Source: Azolla caroliniana
Taxonomy: Eukaryota; Plantae; Polypodiophyta
NCBI GenBank assembly: GCA_043228905.1
Contig: JBHGNT010000001.1
Span: forward strand, 14,756,001 to 14,820,000
Direction of reading: 5' to 3'
DNA length: 64,000 nucleotides
The position numbers were made by a program, and so were the translations under genes. Every line of letters begins with the position of its first letter. Positions within the stretch are counted from its first letter, which is position 1. This document shows positions 1 to 13,835 of the stretch, in pieces. The notes under the pieces were generated by a model. The model made no database searches. It saw only the letters and a program-made list of their open reading frames with translations, and was not told where the DNA came from.

Positions 1-3000
1 CCGCCATCATTGCCTACCTACCCGATCCTTGATACGTATATAAATGTTGTGTAATTAGCCAGCGGGGTTATATTGTTGTTTTATGTTGTGTAATATCATT
101 GGCTACCTACCCGATCCTTCATTCGATGATCAAACCTAAGCTAATCAAATCTGGGACATTAATTAGGGATCGCTTAAGTAAGATGTTAAGTAGCCTGACG
201 AATCCCTAATCATGGGTTAATCTTTATCCTAATCTTCGGCTACTCTATCCTAATTAGATCGATCTCCATTTCTACCAAGAAAAAAGCAAGCAAGAGATCC
301 AAAGAGGAGGAAGAACATGTCTCTAAAACGGATCAAATAACGCTACCACCAATCCTGGTAGGCAGCAGTCGCCATTTTAGATCGGATATTATACATAATG
401 AGAAGCAAAAGAAAAACAGAAGAGGGGGAGGAATGGAGGAGGTGTGGATTTGGAACGATCATGCCCCCACGACCCAAGTGAAGGGAAGGGAAGGGAGGCT
501 ACCGACCCCTGCACGACTCCAAAGTCAACGTCGAATATTGAATAATAATAATACAGTGCTGGTGGTGGGGCAGCTTAATAAGAATTGAATGAAACCTCCT
601 TCTTCTTCTTCTAAAGATAGATAGATAAATAGATAGATATATGCCCATGATGATGCCATCACCCATCGTGACCATTCAAACTCTCTTTGTTTAATATACA
701 TATGTACATATAATGTCGTAGGAAGAATGGTGGGAGCTGGGAATTGATCTCTCGACCTATGGGAAGCCCTATAAAGCTTATATTGGCTTAATAAAGTATT
801 TATCTATTTGTCTCTCTCTCTCTCCCCTAACATAGATTATCCATCCATGCATATCCATGGACTGCACGACTTTTGGTTTTCTTATCTCTCGGCCATGTCA
901 AGTTTGTTGACACACTCTCTCGGGACCGAGCCTCTAAGTCATTTTCAACCCACCTATGCACAACGCAACGGTAGGCATGATTACCACACGACAACCCATG
1001 ATCAAGTGCTAATTGAATATCATGATTTCCTAGTATCCTAAGGTTTAGATCAAAAGGCACTTTAAATGGCCAACTAGACCTGAAGGCTACTTTCTAGGAA
1101 AGTGTAGAACCCACAACATCCATACTGGTCATCACGGAAATTCATTGTCTTTCGAAGTTATGAAATGGGTCGTTGGTCAACTGTAAGTGCACTATTCAAA
1201 TAAGTGGAACAGCCTACATATACCAAGCCTCTACCATATTAGTACGTAAGATTGCTATTATCATGGATGGTAGCGGATGGTCATTATTTGGTAACACACT
1301 TTGTCTAGCTATGTAGAGTGTGTTTATTACTAAAAACTTATTAGAGGTAGAAGATGTCCGTTTTTGTAGTTGTTTGGATATATATATGTTAGGATTTAGG
1401 CGTCAAGGTGGCCTAGGTTCCAAGTTGGTCATGGCTAAACACAACAACTAGATAACTCATACACTTAAAAATAACTATAGCTTTGTCAATGTGATCACTT
1501 GGTAACAAGTAATTGGTCAGTCACTTAATTAGAGTACAAGGGTTGAGGTAGGCAACATTGATTCTGAGTCACAAAAACACTAAATCAATAATCTTCCCTT
1601 ACTAATAGACTCTTTTGGGGGTATTAAAATCGGATTTATACAAGAGTGAGTGATGGGAGGAGAGGTTGTGTCTTCATCATATGCACCATACATTACATTC
1701 TTTTTAGAAGCTTCCATGGCACTTCATTGAGTTTTCTCCTATCAATGTATTTCATGATACTATTTAAATTGCCAAAATTATCCGTTATACTATTTATACG
1801 ATCCGATTACAAAAGCTTGTTTGATGGGCAACTTCTTTCAATGTTTTTGCCAAATACTACATCTTATTGGGGTGTCCTTGAGAACCACCTCCAAGGGTGC
1901 TACGTGAGAACGTAGAACCGTCTACCTTTTTCTTTCCAAGTTGGGAGACAGTGGGTTTCAACCCTCTCGAGCTACGAATGATTAAGCTAACTACTAAGGA
2001 AATTAATCTTACTTTACGATCTAATCAAATTCACACACATTAATGATTACCATATCATATTTAACACAATTACAACTATGTCCCTTTCATATTTGAGAGG
2101 GTGTAAAGGTTTAAAGGTATTACCTTAATATCCAAATATGTACAATGTTACTTAACTATCTCTAAGTTTGTCTTAAATCTCCATTTCATTGGTGTATCTT
2201 TGGATCTGGCATAGAACATGAAATGTTCATATTTTAACACTTAACGTTGTGATCCTACATTTAGGTTTTGAAGCTCACATTGAGATTCGTGATGTGCCAC
2301 TATTTGCATTCCAAACTATGTGAATTTTCGATTTCTGGTGATGTCCTTTAGGTTGATTAATGACATTCTTGGTTTTTGTCATTTGTGCATATTCTTATGT
2401 ATGATGTCTTATGTTTGCATATTGGGGAAGTTTGATGCCATTCTTAAAGAAGAGTCAAGACCAAGACCATTAACGGGCATTTGGAATTCTTATGGTTCAT
2501 GTTTAAATATAATCTTTAAATAAGGTACTTTGTAGTATGTATGAACTTTACAATGAGAAAGAGTAGCAAAGCAAATTCTTTCATCCACTAAGATTCAATA
2601 TAGTAATGTTAAAATTTTAGAATGTGATTGTCTCATACCATGTTTCAGGTTATAATAGCTTTAATAGTAGGTTTATTCCCTCAAAAGCTACTTTATTTTT
2701 AAGGATTTTCGACACTAGGGCAAATCAGTCTACATTCTATCCTCTTACTTAGTATTCATGTGAAAAAAGTAATAAACTTTTTAGCTTTAATAAAAGTTCT
2801 ATTTATACTTCATTATATGATATGCAGGAGTCAGGGCTAGAACATAATTTAGCACTTCATGTGTTGGCTTTGACCTAATCCTGCTTCAAGTAGTACAAGG
2901 TTTAGTGACTAGATTGTATCATAATATTTTTGTCTTATGTTGGGTGTTTGATGGGATGATTCATTTGACTTTCAATGTTTAATGACATTTGATGATGACA

Positions 3001-3149
3001 ACATAACTACCACAATTTAAGCAATTTTATAGAATGGCAAGTATGTTAGTGACGAGAGAAGAGGTTGAAAATAATACTAGGAGGAAACTCACAAACACAT
3101 CGCTTTCATGCACATGTATACTCACATTATGTAAAATAAAATATTGCTA

Positions 3150-4400
3150 GTAGAGAATGTGAGCATTGGATTGTTTTGAAGGGCCAAAATGAATCCCTTT
3201 AGCCATCATGTTATTGATTTTTGTGTGCATTCCTTTGCATTTGGCAACTAGAAAAAAAGCCTCACAAGAATGGTATGGTTTGAGTCCATCAAATTTCTTC
3301 AACCATGGACAAGATCTTTGCTACGCACTTTTGTTTAAGAGGGCATTCTACATTATCTTAGACAATGTGCAAGGGCATCTAGCTACCATATTGCCTTTTC
3401 TCACATTGCATAAATTTAGGCATAAATTAATGTTTGAGAGCATGAAACACATTAGCCCCTACTTCTATTAGACCACTTTATCAGGGTTGAAAAGAGTCTC
3501 AAGTGGTATATCAAATTTAGGCTACTCTCAAATGCACTAATTCTTATACCACATGTAATAACATAAAGAGAATATATTATCATGTAAGACTTGGGCATAT
3601 TTAGATTGGACAAAATAAACCGGGGAAACGTAAATAGGAAGTGGATTAGCACATGAACACTCAGGATGATGGTTAACGACATCATAGTGGGTCATCATGC
3701 TATTGGATCTATTTGTTTCATCTGGTACTAACTTCATAATTAGCCACATCATTATTGTGGTGGGCATTATTTACAATGCAAGACTCGTTTGTCTTTGACA
3801 TACTGCTATCCTAACAATAGAATTAGAGATTGGTCAAGTGTCAACTGTCAAACTGAAGTTAGCTTAGTGATTCTCTACCAACAAAGGAACTTATGTCCTC
3901 ATGGTTTCTACATTGGGATGGAAAAGAAAGTCTCGAGTCAGAATTCAGTTGTATGCCAAAGCTTGGCAGGTTTTGTATACCTCTTGCATATGATTATATT
4001 TGGCTATCATTGTTTGCATTGTCTATTCTTGTGGCCCTTAATTTGGAATTGGTGGGAGATGAACAATAGAAATATTGGTTATATTATAGCAAAAAATTTA
4101 TCATCGTGGTGCACATCAATAAAGTCTTCCATAAGTTGATTCAAGATAGAGTTTGGTTAGTTGTGAAGATATTAGGTACATGGCACACTACCCGTGTACA
4201 CAACAATGATTTTGAATGTTGGAAGTGGGATGCCAATCTCATATTTGATTCCATGTGAAAAAAATTCTTTGTTAGGCAATGGTGGGTTTGTTGCCTTTGG
4301 TGGTGGCTTTAAAACGCAGACACATTTCAGATGGGATATTTTCTTTTGGTATCGTGATTGAGGAGGATGCATAGATACAAAATCCTTTGTAGAGCCATTT
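3150..4400 (-). pseudogene. Highly degenerate coding remnant, possibly from a SWIM zinc-finger/MULE-like transposon
   Basis: Broken minus-strand frames contain 'HYDVVNHHPECSC' (resembles the YxV..PxCxC start of a SWIM finger), 'KQKCVAKI' and 'LKCVCVLKPPPK'. Many stops; motif recognition only. Confidence 0.25.
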
Positions 4401-4449
4401 GGCTTATGTCAGTAGTATAGATATCATTAACTGATAAAACGTTGCCACC

Positions 4450-5011
4450 CTTTCTATTTTTCTGGTAGGTAGATAAGAGCTTTAACATTCAACTGACTCT
4501 CATTCGACCGACTCCATTCGGTCTCTCGGCTAATTTCGGCCAACTGACCCTCGCTCAGCCTCTCGGCCAATTTCAGCTTTTCAGCCGTCTCCCCCATCAT
4601 GAGGGACAAGCTTTCATAACAAACTCCCACTTCACTCCTGTATGGGGGAAGTCGACTAGACCAGACTTTCACCCACAAGCGATGAGTTTTTCCATAGATA
4701 CAATGTTAGTAAGCATGTCGGATCCATTTTCATCCGTATGGATCTTTGCTAAAACGAACTCATTTTCATCCACTCTCTCTCGTAACTAGTGATAGCTTCT
4801 CTGAATGTGCTTTGTACGAGAGTGATAGACATCATTCTTGGCTAGGTGGATGGCACTCTGATTATCGGAATGAAGTAGGAATCTTTCTTGCTTCATTCCT
4901 AGTTCACTTAGAAAATCCCTCATCCAAATCAATTCTTTCTTGGCCTCCACTACAGCCATGTACTCAGCCTCTATGATCGACAAAGCCATGACATTTTGCA
5001 ATCTTGATTGC
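4450..5011 (-). mobile_element. Ty1/Copia (Tnt1/Tork-like) 3' fragment: RNase H end, PPT, start of 3' LTR
   Basis: ORF 4786-5166 contains ALSIIEAEYMAVVEAKKELIW...DNQSAIHLAKN...RTKHI. A minus-strand PPT (GAAGTGGGAG) is followed by TGTTATG near 4620. Confidence 0.85.
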
Positions 5012-8000
5012 CGTGATACATGTGAAGATGAGTAGCGACTCTTGATGTTCAAGAACTTTACCAATGAATGTTGCAATCGAGAGTGCACATCGTGGTTGTG
5101 AGAGAAATTTGTGCAAGGATTGGGCTTGATCAAAGAGATGTGAAAAGCATGGTCGAATATGATCAAAGGCAGAGCATTGTATCAAAGTGTGATACTCAGA
5201 CTCTCGAACTTGTTTAGGGCAAAGTGTGCATAGTGGGCCACTTTCATCACTTGTGCCCCAACGCCCCGGCTCACATCTCAATGCATGCGAGCTAAGTCGC
5301 AAGGAAGGAATGGTTCGAATGGTAGATATCGGGATGGGCTCTAACAAGTATCGATGTGTATGGCTTCCCCATTCCGCGAAGAATATGGTTTTGTAGTTAG
5401 GTGCAACATTTGTAGTATAATGTGTGAAGTGTGTGCCACCACATTTGTCCCATGTCATGATACATTGGCATTGCAAAAAGGCCTCATTTACAGAGGAATC
5501 TAGTGACGCATCATGAAGCAAGTGTCTTGCATCCCATCTACCAAACCATTTTTCTAAATCTTGCATCCAACCGGAACACAAAATTTTGCTTTTATGCATC
5601 TTTTGGATATTTTTGCTTGCTTCCCATGCAATTCTAGGAAGTCGATGTGAGGGGCTTTTTTGAACCTTAAGCATGTATTCAACAACCCTTTCCATGGCCA
5701 TGATCTCAATGGGAAGCGATCCCATCTCAAGGAGGGTTTAGGGTGTAGGGCGTTTGTTTCTTAACTTGTAGAAACTTTGTAAGAAAATGTTTTTGGACAT
5801 TTTCAAACTCTTTCCACGTAGATTTAGGGATGCTACCGCCCCATACTTCCACCCCATAAAGAAGAACCGGGGTCACCAAAGTGTCAAAAAGATATTTCTT
5901 GCGGACCCAACACTTAATATCTCCTAGATTGCATGTGTTCTCAAATGCATAATATGCTCGCTTACCAGCCTCTAAGCTTCGTATAACACATTCATTCCAT
6001 TTATGATTTGAAGGAACTTCAAGGCCAACATATTTGAAGCTTTCCACTTATTTAAGTGGCTCATTGTTGTACATAATGCATGGTTTATCTCTTTTTTGAC
6101 TCTTCAGAAGCATAATCTTTGTTTTAGAGCTATTCACACTTAATCTAGTATGGGTGCAAAATGTTTCCAATGCCTTCATAAACTTTTCTGCATCTCTTGA
6201 AGTATTTGCAAAAAGCACTACATCATCTGCATATAACAAAAACATATTCACAAAATTCCCAATGGCAACTTCTTCAACACATTCTTCCTTTACAAACTTG
6301 GTAACCATTTCTTCTAATTCATCAATGCATAGAACAAATAATGTTGGTGAGAGTGGGCATCCTTGCTTAACACCAATAGTGGTATTGAAAAAATCTGAAA
6401 GTCTATCTCTCATACGCAAACAACATATAACCTTCTGAGAGGAGGAAGGTGTAGGGCGTTTGTTTCTTAGCTTGTAGAAACTTTGTAAGAAAATGTTTTT
6501 GGACATTTTCAAACTCTTTCCACATAGATTTAGGGATGCTACTGCCCCATACTTCCACCCCATAGAGAAGAACCGGTGTCACCAAAGTGTCGAGAAGATA
6601 TTTCTTGAGGACCCAACACTTAATATCTCCAAGATTGCATGTGTTCTCAAATGCATAGTATGCTCGCTTACCCGCCTCTAAGCGGCGTGTAGCACATTCA
6701 TTCCATCTATGATTTGAAGGAACTTCAAGGCCAAGATATTTGAAGCTTTCCACACATTCAAGTAGCTCATTGTTGTATATAATGCATGGTTTATCTCGTT
6801 TTTGGCTCTTCACAATCATAATATTTGTTTTAGAGCTATTGACACTTAATTTAGTATGCAATCAAAATTTTTCCAATGCCTTCATAAGCTTTTGTGCATC
6901 TCCTAAAGTATTTGTAAAAAGCACTACATCATCTGCATATAGCAAAAGCATAATCACAACATTCCCAATGACAACTTCTTCAACATATTCTTCCTTTGCA
7001 AACTTGGTAACCATTTCTTCCAATTCATCAATGCATAGACCAAATAGTGTTGGTGAGAGTGGGCAGCATCCTTGCTTAACACCAATAGTGGTTTTGAAAA
7101 AATTTGAAAGTTTATCTCTCATGTGCACACAACATATAACCTTCTCATAAATTTGGGAAATTGCAAGCATATATTCACTTGGCACCTCAAGTTCTTCCAT
7201 TCGCCTCCAAAGATGCTCACGAGGTACCATATCAAAAGCTTTCTTGAAGTCTACAAAGCAACGATATAAACCTTTACCTCTAAGGCGACTTTCCTCCATT
7301 AATACTCAAAGAGTGACAAGATGATCAATGGTGCTATGGTGTTTTCGAAAACCAGCTTGTCCATAATCTCTCTTACCATTTTTTTCTACCCATACACTTA
7401 TCTTTGATTCCATTATACATCCAAATAATTTTTCCATTAATGAGCCAACCATGATGGTTCAATAGTTGTTTACATTATTTACATCTCCGTCTTTATGGCA
7501 ATTTGTAGTCCAATCATATGGCATACCATGTTGCAATGCATCATTAAACATATCGCATATCCATATATGTGCTTCATTTCCTGTCCATTTAAGCATTTAA
7601 GCTTTTATACATTGAAGATCGTTTGCCTTTCGAGAGGCCAATTTCTTAAGTCCTATGCATATATCTTCAATTGTAAAGAAGGGAGACATATGTGAAAGAG
7701 AACCATAACACATCATCTTTCCGGCAAGAGATAACTCATATAAATTCTTACAATGCATAGACAAGTCATGAAGAGTTAAGTCACCATAACTCTCAACACA
7801 TTTCCCCTTTAGATTTCCCCAAAATTTAGCACTTGCATGTGCTTTCTCTTGCGTTTGGAGAAGTTGTTGAGTAACTTCCCATATTCGTCTCTTTCTTTGA
7901 CTAAGCCTTTTATAGTCATGCAAATGCTTTTGGTAATTTTCTTTATCCGTCCTACATCCAAAACCATAAGGCACTTTCGAGCTTCATGACATTCTTTATC

Positions 8001-9180
8001 AAACCATTTTTTCTTACATTTCTTGGTGCATTTCCATGATGTGTGGTTGGTCGAAAAACATTTGTTTGTACAAGAGAGAATGACATTCTTAAAAGCTTCC
8101 CATTTGCATTCTAGTGTGGCACCATGTTGTGTCTTTGTCATTTGTAACATATCCTCAACCATCTTGGAATATATGGGCGCTCACTTAAGATTCATGCTCA
8201 AGTGCGCTTGTTTACTATCTTCAATGACATTCTCGCAATCAAACCTATGCATACATTTGAGGTCAATACATAAATTCCTATGATCGGATTTCGGTGTCCA
8301 TTCCCGCAGTGAGAATTTATGCATACGATCCAAAATACCTTCGAAAAGTAGCACATAGGCAATCACACTATTTCCATTGTGTTTTCTACATGTAAAGCCA
8401 TTAGTATTGGGCCATAAGGAAACACCATTTGCAATAAGCAATACGGTACTATTGCACATTTGTAGGAGTAACTTCCCAAATTGGTCCGGATCTTTTCATC
8501 GTTGGAAGATCTACTATACATTTGCATATCCTCTTGCATCCTTGAGATATGTGGCATGAAAGATTCTTGTGAATCAAGTTGGAAACTTCTTGTACGAGCA
8601 CTCATGTCACCAAAGACAATAACTTCCCCTTTGGATTTGAAATAAGAAATATCATCTTCTAGATTTGCAAAAGGTTGATCTTTATCCAGACAAGCATAGA
8701 AGTTAGAATCTTGATTAGGAATGTAACATCCAACGACAGAAGTGGGCAAATCATTAGGTGTTTCTATTTTGAGCCATATCTAGCATTTATGTTCATCATT
8801 TTTTACGATTGACACATATTTCTCTATTTTCCTTCTTAATCAAACATGCCACCCCTCCTTGTCCTCTTCTTTGGCTTGGATTTTTCTCCCATATCAAAGA
8901 GTGTATATTATAGTTTCCTAAACCTTGAATCCTTTGAGTATCATGCTCCCATGTTTCAACAAGAAGTGTGATATCCGAGTCATTGATGAACTCCTGTATG
9001 CCAAATCCCGCATTCCATGGGTATTCATTGTAATTCAAAAAATACAATCGTAAAAGACGTGGTTTAGTCTCATAGGTCACGTGTACCTATTTGGCTACAT
9101 TTCCATCTTTAGGCACATCATTAACCTAATTTTTCAATCTTTCTTCATATGCTTTACGACGAGCATTTTGTTGTGAGATA
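5012..9180 (-). mobile_element. LINE copy 1 (end of ORF1, APE endonuclease, RT, Cys/His C-terminus), truncated at both ends
   Basis: ORF fragments include LLVETWEHD, VFGDMSART, SDHR, FVDFKKAFD, GVKQGCPLSP, LLYADDVV and CTLC..ESEYHTLIQC. Collinear with the LINE at 13813-18127. Confidence 0.93.
5730..7147 (-). repeat. About 710-bp tandem duplication of the LINE RT core
   Basis: The segment EKVICC...YADD...KKQTPYT occurs twice (about 5730-6438 and 6439-7147). The junction near 6436 reads TPYTFLL then EKVICC. Confidence 0.88.
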
Positions 9181-11594
9181 GGAGCTGATGTAAAAGCCTT
9201 CTTAAGATTCACAAAAGCTATGTCAGCTTCTTTAGACCAAATGAATGATTGTCCCTTCTTGGTGAGCTGTGTGAGAGGTAGAACAAGCTTTGAGTAATCC
9301 TGTAAAAACTTGCGGTAGAAATTGGCAAAGCCTAAAAAGCATTGCACATCTCGCAAGAACGTGGAGTCTGCCACTCTACCACCGTTTGGACCTTAGCTGG
9401 ATCCATGGAGATGCTTTCCAAGGAAATGACATAGCCCAGAAATTCTACTTGGTTGCACCCGAAACTACATTTTTCCAGCTTTGCATAAAGACCATGTTCT
9501 CGAAGTCGTTTTAGTACTAACAGTACATGAGAATCATGCTCTTCTTGGGTCTTCGAATAAACTAGTAGATCATCCAAACAGATGATCAAACAAACATCCA
9601 AGAGATCTCGGAATATATCATTTGCCATGTGTTGGAAAACTGTTGGCGCATTAGTGAGGCCGAATGGTATGACCGTATACTCGGAAGTTCCCATATCCGG
9701 TGCGAAACGTGGTCTTCCATTCATCTCCTAGTTGGATCCGTACGAGGTTATATGCTCCTCGTAAGTCGATCTTTGTGAAGAACCTTGCACCATTGATCCG
9801 TTCTAAAAGACTTGAGATAAGGGGAAGTGCATCCCTATTCCTAATGGTGACCTTATTCCAGCCACAGAAATCTACGACGAGACGAAGTGATCCATCCTTT
9901 TTCTTGACAAAGAAAATGGGTGCGCCGGCTGGAGATTTTGAATGTCGAATGAGACCATTTGCATATAGGCTCGAAGGACTTCTCGCTCAGTTGGTGACAA
10001 ATTGTAGATTGGTACCCATGGTGACTCTTTTCCCGGTTGTAAATCGATGGGGCAATCATATGGTCGATGGTGAGGAAGCATATTGGCTTGTACTTTATCG
10101 AACGCATCGGCATAATGACGATACTTCTCTTGAAGTTGAACTGTGGACTCCTCTTTAGTGGTGTTGTAGGGTTTTACAGATATTGCGAAGAGAAACATTT
10201 CTTCCTTGCGTTCTTCCTCATGCAATTCATGCAGCGAAATGGTTGTAATCTTATGAGTAGATCCTCGGGTTTGTCGATACCAAATTTCTCTTGTTCTCTA
10301 ATCTATGTCTGGGTTATGTAATTCGAACCATGGTAATCCTAAAACAATGGGATGTTCTAGGATACTAATTATATTAAATGATACTACACACGCGAAATTA
10401 TCTAGGACAATATTAACGGGCTCTGACTCTTCTATGATATTTCCGGAAGCAATGGGACGACCATCAATGACTACTACAAATGTTGGACACGGGAGTTCTC
10501 TAAGGAATATCTCATGAGCTTGGGCAAAATTCGTATCCATGAAGCAAGAATTAGCTCCGGAATCTAGGAGAGCTGAGACATGTACTGAAGAGGTACTTTT
10601 AGTACTAACTGTTACCTGGGCTAAGAACACATTGCTAACTTGCTTAGAGGGAATGGAATCACTAATGGGTTACATAGATCTAGGGTTGTCCAACTAAACG
10701 GCTCCTATTTCGGCTGGATTAGTCGTTTAACTCTTCTTCTAATTGACTAAGGACATCAAATTTGTTCGATAGATTTGGGCTATTAGTACTATTAGGACTA
10801 TTAGATATTCCTACTGAAATAGACTTGGGTTTAGTACAATTAGAACTAGCAACTATTTGGTTTACCTGTCTTCTTGGCCTATGGGGACAGTTCACTTCAA
10901 TATGCCCTGGTCCACCGCAATAAAGACATAGTCGATTTGTTCGGCATCGCTGCTTTTCTTCTTCCAATAATGGTGCACGACAACATGTAGTGTCAATTTC
11001 CATCGGAGTTGGAGTATTCACTGCAGACGCCTTATATGACTCCCATTGAAAAGGTTTTGCTACCACTAAGGCATAGGTGGGCTCTGATCTTGCCTTTGGC
11101 ATCTGGAATTGACGTTCCGAACGTCGTTCGAAAAGACGGTTGTTGCATCTCACCGCACGACTGATTGCTTCTATCAATGACTTTGGTTCTTCGGGGAAGG
11201 TCAAGAGTAAATCCTTGACATCGTTACGTAGACTGTAACGAAATTGCTCCATTAGTCCTTGGTCATCCTAGGGGATATCGGAGGCGAGTAGGAGGAAATC
11301 TGCAGCGTATGCAGAGGCTGAATGATCACCTTGACGTAATCGTCAGATTTTGTTGATTGATGTCCTTATGTCGTCAGTATCTCCAAAACAGGCTTTAAAC
11401 TCACTTTAAAACTCTTCAAAATTATTTAGTAAAGGAGATTTCTTTTCTAACAACAGAGCGAACCATGCCAAAGCTAAGCCACTTAACAATGTGCCTACTA
11501 AACCTACTCGTGATGCATCAGTGGGATATCGGGAAGGATGCATTTGAATAACTAATTGCACTTGATTAAGGAATCCTCTAAATTGCGATTGCGT

Positions 11595-12359
11595 TGTTGT
11601 GAAGATTTCGGGCCGTAGGTGGAAACAATGTGAAACGCACAGGAACACTGGTGTGCACGAGTGCTCACCCCTAGTGAATTAAATAGTGTAAGTTCTAGGC
11701 ATAAGTAGAAGGAGTGTACTAGGTAGTTACGACATTAATAGGGATTCAGACATCGCGTAAGTAGGGAGAGTTACGAGGAGAGAGAATCAGGGGGGAGAAT
11801 CTAGGAAGGAAAAGAGACAGGTCATGAATGCTTTGTAACAGTCGCTCCTTGTGCTATAAAAGGGGAGACCTTTTAACTATTATGGGGGGTGTCGAGAGAG
11901 GAGAAAGAAATAGGGAGAGGTCATTAGAAGAGAGAAGATGAGGAGTCCTACAACGTATCACCGGAAGGCGCTTCCCCTGCTCGCGTTAGACGCCCGAGTG
12001 CTCTCGACCAGGGGATCGACCTTCTGTGTGCCCACTCAACTTCGTATCTGACTACGGTAGAGCCTACGCTCGAACATCGACACTGATCCGGTTGTAATCA
12101 CCCACAGCGCTACGCACATATATTGATTAATGGAAGCTTATCCACCTTGCGCAAGTTATTCTTAACATACCTGTCAGTGCTTGTGTCTACGCACGAGCCT
12201 CTTACATTATCTCTCTCATTTCGCTAATCTTTTCTGTCTAAACCGCGGTCTCAGGGCTCACGTGAGCCACAAACTCTTCCTCCTCACTTCTTGATTCCTT
12301 GGTTCAAGACCCCCGTGATCCTGCCCAACTTCTACGCATCCACGAGGATCTCCTCCCCA
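11595..12359. mobile_element. Solo LTR (TGT(T/C)GTGAAG group) inserted in the Gypsy gag
   Basis: Interrupts gag at KFDGT/QSQFRGF. Starts TGTTGTGAAG; its end resembles that of 29107-29740. Degraded 4-bp TSD gcgt/atgt. Confidence 0.75.
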
Positions 12360-12736
12360 ATGTTCCATCGATTTCATGGGAAGGTCGATCTTGGGTTCTT
12401 TATGAATCCCTTGCGTATTGGGTCCTTGTTGTTGCATCGCTACTATAGTTGTGTCGAGTTGTTGCATGCGTAACGCTAGTTCCCGATGTTGTTGTTGCGT
12501 TTGTTGCTTTTCTAAGGAGATTTGTTGGAGATCCCCCAACAACCGTTGATTTTCTTGTTCCAAAGCAAGGAACTTCTCTTTCAAGCATTGCAGCTCCAAG
12601 AAAAGAGATTGATATACTTGAGCGTTAACAGTGGCCATAGGATGAGAGGAAAGAGGAACAAGATATTAGTATGAAGGGAGGGAAATGTAAGAAGATAAAA
12701 GGAAGAGGAGGAAAGAGGTGAAAAATCGGTTCAAAC

Positions 12737-12828
12737 TATCAAGAATAGTACTGAGACAGAGAGGAAATTAGTACTAAGAGATGAATATTAGTACTAAGAG
12801 GAAAAGAGGGTGTAGAACACTCGAGAGA

Positions 12829-12866
<38 letters not shown>

Positions 12867-13129
12867 TGATGACAACGATATATTATGTGAAAAGAATATA
12901 CAAGGATGGCTAGGAGGCTTAAGACTAGCGTTGAACCGATTTGGTTCGAAATAATGCCTTGTGCCTCCTTTTATAGTGTTGTCAGGAGTACTCTTGAAGT
13001 TTCTAGAATGTTCTATAGTAAAACTTAAATGAAAATAATATTTTTCGTATTACAAAATAGAGTTTAATGGTCAAGAGCTCGACCCATGTAACATAAGGTC
13101 ATGGGTTCGAGTCTTGCCATATCATGACA
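12737..13129 (-). repeat. 5' LTR of the RLG1-like Gypsy with an adjacent self-priming PBS
   Basis: On the minus strand the LTR starts TGTCATGAT, has a TATA-like CTATAAAA and then AAATCGGTTCAA. That motif is complementary to TTGAACCGATTT just inside the LTR (about 12723-12736). Confidence 0.88.
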
Positions 13130-13399
13130 CCTTCTTTCTATCAGGTGGCTCTATTAGCTCATACGTGTGGTTCTCATGCAAGGAATCCATTTCCTGTTTC
13201 ATGGCACTGTACCACTTCTCCTTGTGTACATTGGTCATGGCTTCTTCATAGCATTCTGGTTCCCCTTCATCAATCAAGAGAACATATTGACTAGCTGGAT
13301 ACCGTGAGGAGACCTTCCTTTGTCTTAGAGGATATCTTCTTCCTTCAGCAATCGGCTCAAATTCGGTTCTTCTATTGTTGAGAGTCTAACTCAACTTCC
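13130..13399 (-). mobile_element. Copia (Tork-like) integrase-RT linker fragment; continues at 18192-18870
   Basis: Translates to RYPASQYVLLIDEGEPECYEEAM...EMDSLHENHTYEL. Confidence 0.82.
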
Positions 13400-13835
13400 C
13401 ATAAAGATAGGTTTCACACTAGCTCATGGACATACCAGGCTAGTTTTGTAAATAGTTGAAAGGGCACTTGCCCTAGCCTAGTTGGTACTTAAACCAACAT
13501 TTTGTAACTTAGTCATTGTTCGAAGTAATATACTATTTCTTACATGCACTGTTCTATCTCTCTCTCTCTCTCAAAGCTCTCTGTAAGTTCACTCTGACCA
13601 TCATTTTCTACATTCTATAGCTCGTTGGAAAGCTCTTTCAGAGAGCTTTCTAAAGAATGTTCATTTACTAACTTCTGTTACCGTGGCGAGAAGTTATGAG
13701 CATTTTCATCTGCAACCATCTTTGCCCCACGGTTCCTCAAACGCAAGGTAGAATTTGAAGCCCTAAATCGAGTGAAAGGTATATTCTCTCTCCCTCCCTC
13801 TCTGTCTCTCTCTTCAGGCAGGGTTTGTCCCTACA

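Larger units (their letters stand above)
9181..13129 (-). mobile_element. Ty3/Gypsy of the Tf1/sushi-Tcn1 type (RLG1-like): 5' LTR, gag, protease, RT; 3'-truncated
   Basis: gag with PTPMEID and CLYCGGPGHIEVNC (10719-11252), protease ALLDSGA (10298-10630), [10 protein letters not shown]...CLDDLL (9332-9724), LTR 12737-13129. Confidence 0.93.

Noticed and set aside
6-119. 25-bp direct repeat ATCATTG(C/G)CTACCTACCCGATCCTT
   Set aside because: Only two copies at the window edge, with no context to interpret them.
2320-2830. Penelope-like RT (FRLINDIL, IYTSLYD)
   Set aside because: Two short motif resemblances in AT-rich DNA with no other RT domains in support.
12832-12862. (GA)n, (TC)n and (TA)n microsatellites as independent features
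   Set aside because: They are routine parts of the LTRs that contain them.
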